This document shows positions 10,082 to 19,204 of a DNA stretch of 64,000 nucleotides, in pieces. Under the pieces are notes generated by a model. It was given only the letters and a program-made list of their open reading frames with translations. It did no database searches and was not told where the DNA came from. Numbering within the stretch: position 1 is the first letter of the stretch; the number at the start of each line of letters is the position of its first letter. The stretch lies in assembly GCA_965215195.1 (NCBI GenBank), contig CBDCDC010000001.1, positions 1,152,001 through 1,216,000 on the forward strand, written 5' to 3'. Position numbers and translations under genes: made by a program. Source of the stretch: Candidatus Latescibacterota bacterium (GTDB lineage Bacteria; Latescibacterota; UBA2968; UBA8231).

Positions 10082-10457
10082 TTGTAAACCCCCACTTGGT
10101 TAATTGCAGTCGACCTGCAAGGTGTAATTTGGCTGCCTGCCCCACGGGCGAAATGCCATACTGGCGCAGCGCATCCTCCAAGGTCGGCCGACGAAGGCGA
10201 AGGCGCTCGTCGCTCAGCAAATAAGAGGACACGCAGTCAAGCATCAGGATCCCGATCAGAAAGCAATAGCTCGTCAGCCCCTCGGGACCTACTCCACGCT
10301 TTCAGGCGAGCTTATCGGTCGCGGGTCAAGCTCGTTTGCTGCATAGTGGACGCCGGCCCGATCGCGGCAATGCGGACTTTGGGGTGGACTTGCGGCGGCT
10401 TTTGGCAGTTTTTTGGGACGACCCATCCCACCACCCGCCAGAACCATAGGAGCCTCT

Positions 10458-12428
10458 ATGCAAGCTCTCACCTCCCGCGCGCCCACCCTCCCGCCGACCC
10501 CGCGCCCGCGCGTTGCCTATTACGACTTGGGCATCCCCTTTGTAGGGGCTGTGTGGAACGGCTTCTCAATCACCTACGACCCTGCCAATGGGCACACCCT
10601 CGCTTGGGGTGCCGAATTCTCCCAAGACGGGGCCTACTACTTTTGCAACGATCTCGACACCGGCGGCTTGGAAGTCTTTCCCATGCCTTGCCGCGAGCAC
10701 GGCCCGGTCTTCCAAGCCCAAGACGGCACCATTTACGCCCGGATCATGTCCGGCCTGTCGGTTGATCACGGCCACCATCTCATGGTCTTTGACGCCCAAG
10801 CCCGCACCTTCAGCAGTCTGGGGCGTCCCGCCCCCGGCGATCAGCGCCTCCTCTGCATGGAGGAGCGCGACGGCCTGTTGTACATGGGCGGCCACGAACT
10901 GGCCGAACTGTTCTGCTACGACCCGCAAAAGCGGCGCTTTGACAAGCTCTGCCGCCCGTTTGCCCCGCCCACCGACCGCCTAGTACGCATCCAATTGCTG
11001 CCCGATGGTCGGCTGCTGCTCATCGGCTATCCGGCCGTCCCGGCCAAAAATCTACGATGTGGAAAGCGGTCACCTGAGCGATGTACCGCCCGCAGCCGAG
11101 GGGATTGCCGGCGCGGTGTGCGAAGGGGATCGCCTGTTTTTGGCGGCTGGCGATCAAGTGCGCGTCCTCAACGCCGATTTCGCCGAAGTGGCCCGCCTCG
11201 ACAGCCCGGTTGCCGGCGCGGCGCTGGTGCCTTTAGCCTTGGGCCGCAACAGCCGCGCTAGGGTGTACGCTTGGGCTGGGGATCAATTGGTGGCCATTGA
11301 CGCCCATACCTTGGACATCCGCTCCATTTGCGAGGGGCCTTTCGCCGGCATATCCGGGCTGAGCAAAGACGGCCATTTGGTCTTCGCCCAAGTCGAGGAG
11401 GGCCGCGCCACTATGGTAATCCCGATACTGGCGACCGGGAAGAACGCAGTTTTGCAGTCTATCAAGGCCGCCGCGGCAGCGCGGTATGCGCCCTAGGGAA
11501 AGGGCCTGATGGCAAAATCTACGGCACCAACATTTACGGCATGCACCTGTGCGCCATAGATCCCGATACCGATGCAATAGACGATTTGGGTTACACGTGG
11601 TGCGGCGGCGAACTCTACCACGTCCACGCCCACCAAGACAAGCTCTACGTTGGCAGCTACGGTGCTCCAACATTGGCGTGTACGACCGAGTCGGCCGTGG
11701 CAGCCCGGCGCGGCGTGCGGCAGCAATCCGCGCAATTGGGGTCCGTTGGGCCAAAACCAGAACCGACCCTTTGAAGCAGTGACCGGTCCCGACGGCCGCA
11801 TTTATGTGGCCAACCGCAGCAATTATGGCATTCCCGGCGGCGGGCTCGCCTCGTACGATCCGCCACCGGCCTCGAGCACCGGGAAATCTTTCTCGACCCG
11901 CAACAAAGCGTACAATGCGTAGCCGCGGACCAACGCTATGTGTACGGTGGCACCAGCATTTACGGGGGCCGCGGCGCGAAAATCACCACCGCCGACGGCC
12001 TGCTATTCGTCTTTGACCCCAGACTAAACAGCGCATTTGCCAACTGCGGCCGGTGGAAGGCGCCAACACGGTCACTAGCTTGGGCCGTCCACCCCTCGGG
12101 GCTGGTTTTTGGCAGCACGGACAACCGCCGCTTGTTCGTTTTTGACCCGCAGCGGTTTGTCATAGAAGAAGTGCTGGGCCCCTTGCGCTCGGAGGGGACT
12201 AGGTTGATGGGGGTGCCCGAAGGGGTGGAGATGTTCCCGCTGATTTGCGCCGCCGATGGCTTTATCTACGGCCTGACGCGCTTTGACCTGTTCCGCCTAG
12301 ACGGCTCGTCCCGCGTCCTCACCTATCTCAACGATCCGCCCCTGCCCGAACTCTACGCCCTGACCGAAGGAAAGGCCCGGTGTGCTTTACATGAGCGCCG
12401 GTACCCACGTCATCAAGTTGCCTGCTGA
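10458..12428 (+). pseudogene. Beta-propeller repeat protein broken by multiple frameshifts (pseudogene or sequencing errors)
   Basis: RBS AGGAG then ATG at 10458; propeller-like units (DGTIY, GLLYMGG.LFCYDP, GPDGKIYG, GPDGRIYV, DGFIYG) spread over several frames. Confidence 0.65.
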
Positions 12429-12473
12429 GGCCGCCGCCCTTTTACCGCTGAGATTCTGGGGGAAGCGGGTTCG

Positions 12474-13268
12474 CTATGCGTTTATGGCTTCCCGCACCAC
12501 CCGTCCGGCCCAATCCCGCGCTGGTGCCACTGCTAGCAAAGCGGCAATAGTCGTCGGGTTGTCAATGATGCTCACCGGCTCCTGCAAACGCCGCCCGGGC
12601 AGCACCCCAGGACCGGCGATCACCCACGGAATGGTCATGTCCTCGTCCATTTCCGTGCCGTGGGTGCGCTCGTGCCCGCCGTGGTCGCTGGTGACGACGA
12701 CCGCGGTCTCTTCCCGGTTGACCGCCTCCAACACCGCGCCAATGGCCGCATCGGCCCGCCCAACAGCGGCCAAATACTCGGCCGACATCCAGCCGTGGTC
12801 GTGGCCGGCTACATCGGTGCAGCCTAGATAGACAAAGGCGAAATCGGCCGTCCATTCCCGCAGCGCGGCCGCGGCCAAGCCGGCCAATTGCCAGTCGCCG
12901 TCCGGCTCGTGGCAATTGTTCACATAGTACGAGCGGTCCAGCGAGCCCGGGTCGGCCAGATCGCGCAATGGCTCCCAATTGTAGAAGAAGGCCGTGCGCT
13001 TGCCAGCTTGGTGCAGCACGTCGACTAGGCTGGGCACTGGTCTGACTTGGGGCACCCAAGTGTTGGTGGTAATGCCGTGCCGTTGTGGGGTCACGCCGCG
13101 AAACATAGAGGTGTGGCAGGGCAAGGTGGACGAGGGCATTACGGTGCGGGCCGCATAGGTGCTGGCACCCTCGCGGATCAAGCGGTCGATGCAGGGGGTG
13201 GAGGCCTGTTGCAAGCCGTCGGGCCGCAGCCCGTCGATGACAAAGAGGATGAGGCGTCGCGGGGACAT
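12474..13268 (-). CDS. Alkaline phosphatase superfamily (nucleotide pyrophosphatase/phosphodiesterase-like) protein
   Basis: LFVIDGLRPD, STLPCH (Thr nucleophile), DVAGH, TSDHGG; start MSPRR. Confidence 0.88.
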   Translation of the reverse strand: MSPRRLILFVIDGLRPDGLQQASTPCIDRLIREGASTYAARTVMPSSTLPCHTSMFRGVTPQRHGITTNTWVPQVRPVPSLVDVLHQAGKRTAFFYNWEPLRDLADPGSLDRSYYVNNCHEPDGDWQLAGLAAAALREWTADFAFVYLGCTDVAGHDHGWMSAEYLAAVGRADAAIGAVLEAVNREETAVVVTSDHGGHERTHGTEMDEDMTIPWVIAGPGVLPGRRLQEPVSIIDNPTTIAALLAVAPARDWAGRVVREAINA

Positions 13269-13306
13269 GGGATTCCTTTCTTTAGGGGTGGTATCTACTG
13301 AGGCGA

Positions 13307-14371
13307 TCACGCGCTGGCGTACAGCCCGGCATCGTGCGGTTTTAGCGGATACCTCGGTACTACACCTTGGTTGACGATGTTTTCCGGCGCGGGCCAGTGG
13401 CCCTTGAGGACGGAGGCCAGATTGCAGACGCCCGTGCGCGCCACGTCTTCGCCAGACTGCACTGAGTGGGCGGAGACGTGGGAGGTCATCAGGACGTTGT
13501 CCAGCGCCATGAGGGGATGCTGCGGGGTTTGCTCCTCGTCCGTGAACACGTTGAGCCACTCGTAGGTATCCAGCGCCGCGCCGGCCAGTGGCCCCTCCCG
13601 CAGTACCCGCGCCAGCGCCTCTTCATCTACCAAGGCACCGCGAGACGTGTTGATTAGGTAGGAGCCCGGCTTCATTTGGCGCAGCAGCTTCTCGTCGAAC
13701 AGGTGGTAGGTGTTTGCGTTTAGGGGCAACTGCAAGGAGATGAAGTCGGACTCGGCAAGTAGCGTTTTTAGGTCCACCATCTCGACGTCCAAGTCGGCCG
13801 GCAGGGGAGCCTGTAGGTTTCTGCGCGTGGCCAAGACCCGAAGGCCGAAGGCCCTAACGCGGCGGGCGACCATCGCGCCGGTGGCTCCGAAACCCACGAT
13901 GCCCAGCACACAGGTGGACAGCCGCTGCAACTGGGTGGCCTCGGCGCGGGCTTGGCGGAAGCGGCCGGCGCGCATGAACCGTTCCATGCGCGGCAGTTGG
14001 CGGGCGAGGGACAGCAGCATGGCCATGATGTGGTCGGTCATTTCCTCGGCGCAGAAGAGGGGGGCATTGGAGACGACGATGCCGCGTTCCGTAGCCTTTG
14101 CCACGGCGATTTTATCGGTGCCGTTGCCGAGGCGCGAGATCAGGCGACAGCGGTCCAGCGATGCGATTACGGCCGCTGGCAAGCCGGTTGAGACAACGGC
14201 GACCGCGTCGCAGCCGGCCAGCCGGCGAATGAGTGCCTGCGGGTCCTCCTCCTCGACGTATTCGGGTGCGATGCCAAACTGGGCGTACAGCGATCGCTCC
14301 AGCGCGCTGGTTGGGTACAGGGTGGCGTTGAGGCGGACGAAGCGGAAGGGGGATGTGGTGTTAGGCACCAT
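13307..14371 (-). CDS. D-isomer-specific 2-hydroxyacid dehydrogenase
   Basis: GIVGFGATG, LINTSRG, AALD, TSH motifs. Confidence 0.9.
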   Translation of the reverse strand: MVPNTTSPFRFVRLNATLYPTSALERSLYAQFGIAPEYVEEEDPQALIRRLAGCDAVAVVSTGLPAAVIASLDRCRLISRLGNGTDKIAVAKATERGIVVSNAPLFCAEEMTDHIMAMLLSLARQLPRMERFMRAGRFRQARAEATQLQRLSTCVLGIVGFGATGAMVARRVRAFGLRVLATRRNLQAPLPADLDVEMVDLKTLLAESDFISLQLPLNANTYHLFDEKLLRQMKPGSYLINTSRGALVDEEALARVLREGPLAGAALDTYEWLNVFTDEEQTPQHPLMALDNVLMTSHVSAHSVQSGEDVARTGVCNLASVLKGHWPAPENIVNQGVVPRYPLKPHDAGLYASA

Positions 14372-14466
14372 GACGGATTTCAGTGGTTAGTGGCCAGTGG
14401 TCATTGGTTCGTCCCAGCCCGCCCCCTCGGGAGCGGTAGGAACCGGCCGCGGAGGGATGCAGACTG

Positions 14467-15330
14467 TCACCAGGCCACTTCCATCCTGTCCTGCGCCCAG
14501 TACACAGGCCCGCTGAAGGTGCTTTTTACCTCGGCGATTCCTTGGGTGGTCTCTTCTGCGGGGTCGAGGGTCGGGGACTGGTGGTTGATTACCAAGCGCT
14601 TGGCACCGGCCTCGGCGGCCATGCGCCCGGCATTGAGGGTGCCAGTTTCGGAGATGACGCTGGGGAAGGTTTGGATCTTTTCTTCCCGATGCACGGCCTC
14701 CATCACGAACAGGTCTGCGTCCCGGGCTAGCTCGACCACGGACTCAATCGGCGCGGTATCGCCGCTGAAAGCAACGACGCCTTCTGCGGTCTCAAAGCGG
14801 AAGCCATAGCACTCAATGTACGGCTGGGCATGCTTGACCTCGCGCGCATAGCAGGTCCAGCCTTCTCCGGCGGCCACTTTTCCCTCGGCGTATTCGGCTG
14901 CGTGAACCACTGGTTCTGGCCTAAAATCGCCCACGCCGCCGCGCATCCGGTAGGCGTGGACGCTCATGGGATGATGGGTGCGGGCGATCACGTCGTACCA
15001 GAAGAGGCCATTGGGGCTCCAGAGGCCGTCGGTGATGCGCTTGATGGGAGCCGGCCCGTAAACGTGCAGATCGGGTTCGGTGCCGATGCACTGGTCGAAG
15101 CGCGTCATCAGGAAGCAGAGATAGTCGGAGATGTGGTCGGAGTGCAGGTGGGTGAAAAACAGATTGTGTACTGAAGTGCAGGGGATGCCCATGCGGTGCA
15201 TCTTGAAGGTTGATGCCGGGCCGCAGTCGATCATCAGCCGCTGGCCGCAGATTTCGAGAATGAAACAGGTGCCCCAGCGGTCGGGAGTGGGGGTGGGCGT
15301 ACCGGCACCGACAATTTTTAGCTTTGGCAT
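14467..15330 (-). CDS. MBL-fold metallo-hydrolase (RNase Z/AtsA-like)
   Basis: GAGTP, MIDCG, THLHSDH, FSGDT, LVINH. Confidence 0.88.
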   Translation of the reverse strand: MPKLKIVGAGTPTPTPDRWGTCFILEICGQRLMIDCGPASTFKMHRMGIPCTSVHNLFFTHLHSDHISDYLCFLMTRFDQCIGTEPDLHVYGPAPIKRITDGLWSPNGLFWYDVIARTHHPMSVHAYRMRGGVGDFRPEPVVHAAEYAEGKVAAGEGWTCYAREVKHAQPYIECYGFRFETAEGVVAFSGDTAPIESVVELARDADLFVMEAVHREEKIQTFPSVISETGTLNAGRMAAEAGAKRLVINHQSPTLDPAEETTQGIAEVKSTFSGPVYWAQDRMEVAW

Positions 15331-15360
15331 GGAATAGTCTCCGAAGCGCACGAAAAAATA

Positions 15361-15454
15361 AACTACTCCGCCGCAAGCAGCGGGGTATTGGAAATTCGTT
15401 CATCGGTATAGAATACGCCGCAAGCGGCCGGGTATTCAACCCGAAGAGAATAAA
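15361..15454. mobile_element. Putative non-autonomous IS200/IS605-type palindromic element (PATE-like)
   Basis: Two related imperfect hairpins, tactccgccgcaagcagcggggta and tacgccgcaagcggccgggta, followed by ttcaacccgaagagaataaa; resembles IS200-family ends from recall; no transposase present. Confidence 0.5.
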
Positions 15455-15582
15455 TGGGCATTATTGGCAGGGGGTCAAGCTGGTCGGCGGGTATTTGCAC
15501 AATGGTTTCTTGCGGGAAAATAGTGGAAAGAAATCCTTCCCGCAGGTGTTGAGCGTGGTATTTTTAGGACGAGAACCTGTCA

Positions 15583-16005
15583 GTGCTTACTATCCGGGAG
15601 AATCCGACCTTGAGATTCGACACGCAAAAACTGCCCGCCACCTCTGACGTGACCGCTCCCGACGGCGCGGAGGTGCGCGTTCTGCTGGGCCTGCAAGGCG
15701 GCGGCATGGCGCATTTTGAACTCCAGCCCGGCCAGACATCCAAGGCCGTTGCCCACCGCACGGTCGAAGAGATCTGGTTTTTCCTCGCCGGGCGCGGCCA
15801 GATGTGGCGGCGGCAGGACGAGCGCGAGGAAATCGTGGCGGTTGAGCCGGGCGTCTGCCTGACCATTCCGCTGGGCACCCACTTCCAGTTCCGCGCCTTG
15901 GGCGCCGAGCCGCTGGCCGCAATCGCCGTTACCATGCCTCCGTGGCCCGGCGAGGACGAAGCCTATCCGGTCGAGGGCAGGTGGCCGGCGACTACGGCCC
16001 ATTAG
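15583..16005 (+). CDS. Cupin domain protein
   Basis: AHRTVEEIWFFLAGRG and IPLGTHFQFR cupin motifs. Confidence 0.85.
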   Translation: MLTIRENPTLRFDTQKLPATSDVTAPDGAEVRVLLGLQGGGMAHFELQPGQTSKAVAHRTVEEIWFFLAGRGQMWRRQDEREEIVAVEPGVCLTIPLGTHFQFRALGAEPLAAIAVTMPPWPGEDEAYPVEGRWPATTAH

Positions 16006-16082
16006 GCGGCGGGATATTGACTCCATTGAGCGTAGATGTAAACTGTAATTACCTCAACCGATGCAAATAAGGAAAACGCCTC

Positions 16083-16442
16083 ATGAAATCCTATCTCTTT
16101 ACGTTCAGCCAACCCTGCACACAGGCGCAGGCGCATGCTGCTCTCAACGACACTGAGGGAATTCAAACATGGGTCGCGCCGTTTCCGTATTCCGCTATCC
16201 TCGTCTCCAGACTTAATGCTCAGGACCTTAGCGCGATTCTTCGCGAGCGACTGCCTAACGATGTGTGGTTCATGGTCGCAGAAATGGATCACCAGACCGT
16301 AGATGGCTGGCTGCCCGGAAACCTATGGGAGTACGTAAACGATCCGCAGAAGGCGTGGTCTCGGCAATTGATCAGGACTATCGCCGATCCAAAGTATCTC
16401 CGTCGTCCCGTCGCAGATGCCGACAGAATGGCGCGGACGTAG
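16083..16442 (+). CDS. Hypothetical protein, possibly ferredoxin-like fold
   Basis: RBS-like AAGGAA; lower GC; protein-like 119 aa ending GWLPGNLWEYV. Confidence 0.65.
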   Translation: MKSYLFTFSQPCTQAQAHAALNDTEGIQTWVAPFPYSAILVSRLNAQDLSAILRERLPNDVWFMVAEMDHQTVDGWLPGNLWEYVNDPQKAWSRQLIRTIADPKYLRRPVADADRMART

Positions 16443-16619
16443 AGGTATCTTTCTAAAAGACTCTAACCATCTTGTAGTAGGCTGTTTCATGTCTCTGGAC
16501 GATCCCGCTGAGAAGCCCATCGGGTGATATACGAACACAAATGGAACAACTAGCACTATATGGTTAATACCTATAAAAAAATATGCTAAAACAGGTTCAC
16601 GCCTGTTGACACCCATCTC

Positions 16620-16674
16620 GCATTCGTCTGTACGTCGTGGCTGTCGTCTGCCGTGGCGGCCGGTTCCTGTTCCT
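16620..16674 (+). promoter_or_regulatory. 55-nt conserved leader of LRR copy 2
   Basis: Matches 1481-1535 in reverse complement; TTGACA lies just upstream at 16606-16611. Confidence 0.65.
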
Positions 16675-16708
16675 GATTCCTCAAACCGTTTATAGAAGGA
16701 GACAAACA

Positions 16709-18355
16709 ATGCTGTTATGGAAGCGAATAAACGCCCTGCTGGTCGTCGTTTTAGGCGCAGTGGCCTGTTCCGATCCGCCGGTGGCGCCGGTGCCGGCGGG
16801 CAAAGCCTTGGGGCAGGCCGAAGCCGATAGTACGCCATCGGACGCTGTCGTCTCGTTTGCCGATGCCAACTTGGAGCGTGCGGTGCGGCGGACGCTGAAC
16901 AAGCCGGAAGGCCCGCTGACCGCCGACGATCTGGCGTCCCTGACGAAGCTCGACGTAGAGCGGCAAGACGTCTCAGGCATTGAGAGCTTGGCCGGCCTCG
17001 AACACGCGACGGCGCTAGACACGCTGAGTCTGTGGGGCAACCAGATTGTGGATTTGAGTCCGTTGGCAGGTTTGACCCAGCTAACTTACTTGGACTTAGG
17101 GCACAATCAGGTGGCGGATGTGGGTCCGTTGGTGGGGTTGACCAACTTGCAATGGCTGAGTCTGTGGGGCAACGCGGTGGCGGACGTGAGTCCGTTGGCA
17201 GGCTTGACCAAGCTGACCTACCTGAACCTGTGGGGCAACGCGATTGAAGCGGTGAGTGCGTTGGCGGGGTTGACGAAGCTGACCTCGCTGGACTTGGGGC
17301 ACAACGAGGTAGCGGATGTGGGTCCGTTAGATGGCCTGACCCGGCTGGACTGTTTGGGCTTGGTGGACAATCTCATTCGCCAACGGGACCTCGCCGAACA
17401 GGTTCCCACCTTGATAGAGCAGGGCGTCAAGATCTCCGTCGTCCTGCCGAACCCGCAACCACCACCGGCCCCGGCTCCACCCCCGGCGGCAGCCCCGGCC
17501 CCGGCCCCGGCTCCACCCCCGGCCCCGGTAGTCGTCTCGTTCGCCAATGCCAATCTGGAGGGTTTGGTGCGGCAGGCACTGGGGCAAGCGGAAGGCGAAC
17601 TTACATCCGCGGATCTGGCGTCCCTAACGCGGCTCGAGGCATATGGGCAAAACATTCAGAGCTTGGCCGGCCTCGAATACGCTACGGCGTTGACTTGGCT
17701 GGACCTGGAGGACAACACGGCTCTTGCGGATGTGAGTCCGTTGTCGGGCCTGACCAAGTTGGACACGCTGATTCTGAGTAACACGGCCATTGGGGATGCG
17801 GGGGCGACTTCGTTGTCGAGCCTGACCAACTTGGAAACGCTGCATCTGAGTGGCACGTCCATTGGGGATGCAGGGGTGGCTGAGTTGTCGAGCCTGACCA
17901 ACCTGCAAACGCTGTATCTGAGTAGCACGTCGATTGGGGATGCGGGGGCGGCTTCGTTGTCGAGCCTGACCAACTTGGAAACGCTGCATCTGAGTAGCAC
18001 GTCGATTGGGGATGCGGGGGCGGCTTCGTTGTCGGGCCTGACCAACTTGAAAGAGCTGTATCTGAGTAGCACGTCGATTGGGGATGCGGGTATGAGTTCG
18101 TTGTCGAGCCTGACCAAATTGGAAACGCTGCATCTGAGTGGCACGTCCATTGGGGATGCAGGGGTGGCTGAGTTGTCGAGCCTGACCAACCTGAAATGGC
18201 TGGCTCTGAGCAGCACGTCCATTACGGATGTGAGTCCGTTGCTCAGCCTGACCAAGTTGAAAACGCTGTTTCTGCAAGGCAATACCCTCAGTGACGAGTC
18301 AATCAACACACACATCCCCGCCCTTGAAACAGCAGGCGTTACGATCTACCGATAA
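16709..18355 (+). CDS. Leucine-rich-repeat (internalin-like) lipoprotein, copy 2
   Basis: RBS AGAAGGAG, ATG at 16709; lipobox AVAC; two LRR blocks each capped by FA(D/N)ANL, Pro/Ala linker, 22- and 24-aa repeats. Confidence 0.93.
   Translation: MLLWKRINALLVVVLGAVACSDPPVAPVPAGKALGQAEADSTPSDAVVSFADANLERAVRRTLNKPEGPLTADDLASLTKLDVERQDVSGIESLAGLEHATALDTLSLWGNQIVDLSPLAGLTQLTYLDLGHNQVADVGPLVGLTNLQWLSLWGNAVADVSPLAGLTKLTYLNLWGNAIEAVSALAGLTKLTSLDLGHNEVADVGPLDGLTRLDCLGLVDNLIRQRDLAEQVPTLIEQGVKISVVLPNPQPPPAPAPPPAAAPAPAPAPPPAPVVVSFANANLEGLVRQALGQAEGELTSADLASLTRLEAYGQNIQSLAGLEYATALTWLDLEDNTALADVSPLSGLTKLDTLILSNTAIGDAGATSLSSLTNLETLHLSGTSIGDAGVAELSSLTNLQTLYLSSTSIGDAGAASLSSLTNLETLHLSSTSIGDAGAASLSGLTNLKELYLSSTSIGDAGMSSLSSLTKLETLHLSGTSIGDAGVAELSSLTNLKWLALSSTSITDVSPLLSLTKLKTLFLQGNTLSDESINTHIPALETAGVTIYR
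17750..18247 (+). repeat. Six 72-nt and one 66-nt LRR-coding tandem units
   Basis: Units begin ctgaccaa; units 2 and 6 differ by one base. Confidence 0.9.
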
Positions 18356-18423
18356 TGAATGGTGCGCCGCTTGCTACGCGATACCAGCCCTTCGTGGGGG
18401 CCCCACAGGGGTCGTGAAGGCCG

Positions 18424-19011
18424 ATGGACAGGGTAGCAAAGATCTGGTTCAAAGGCCACACCGTCCACCTGCACACGCCCCGCTTGCACCTGCGTCCCAT
18501 GAACGACGCCGATTGGGGCACCTTGCTGCGCTGGAACCAAGACCCCGACGTGTTGTATTACGCCGATGGCGCGGATGTGACAGCCTATACGCTCAGCCAG
18601 ATCAAGCGCATATACAGCGGCATCTCGCAAGCTGCCTTCTGCTTCCTCGCCGAACTCGACGGCCAGCCCATTGCCGAGGCTTGGTTGCAGGCCATGAATC
18701 TGTCGCGCATTATCGAGGCCCACCCCGGCTGCGACTGCCGCCGCATTGACCTGTCCATTGGCGAGAAGCAGCACTGGAACAAGGGCTTGGGAACGGAAAT
18801 AATCCGCGCTTTGGTCGATTTTGGTTTTGCCGAGGAAAAGGCCGATTTTATTTTCGCCTGCGACGTTGCCGACTACAATCCCCGCAGCCGCGCCGCGTTT
18901 GCCAAAGTGGGCTTCCGCGTCGTGGCCTACATTGCCCAGCCGCCCGGTGCCAAGGCGCGCTCCACCTGCGATATGCGCATCGCCCAAACCGAGTGGGCGG
19001 CAGGTGTCTAA
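18424..19011 (+). CDS. GNAT family (RimJ/RimL-like) N-acetyltransferase
   Basis: TPRLHLRP, HWNKGLGTE, N.RS..AF.KVGF. Confidence 0.85.
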   Translation: MDRVAKIWFKGHTVHLHTPRLHLRPMNDADWGTLLRWNQDPDVLYYADGADVTAYTLSQIKRIYSGISQAAFCFLAELDGQPIAEAWLQAMNLSRIIEAHPGCDCRRIDLSIGEKQHWNKGLGTEIIRALVDFGFAEEKADFIFACDVADYNPRSRAAFAKVGFRVVAYIAQPPGAKARSTCDMRIAQTEWAAGV

Positions 19012-19204
19012 TTCCAGCGAGGTTAGCGGACAGCACGCTCCAGTACAGCCGCCGTCTCAATAACGACGTGGCACACGGTATAAGACCATGAACGGGGCCA
19101 TGGCCCAGCAATTAGTGGTGCTGGCGCGAGCTAAGTACGTGCAAATTGGGAATTGGATTCCAAGTTTGCTTGAATCTGAGGGCCGTACTCCCTAATTTCT
19201 CGGC

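Noticed and set aside
17750-18290. CRISPR array or DGR variable region
   Set aside because: Repeats are in-frame coding units with no unique spacers, no cas or reverse transcriptase gene, and no evident adenine-specific template pair
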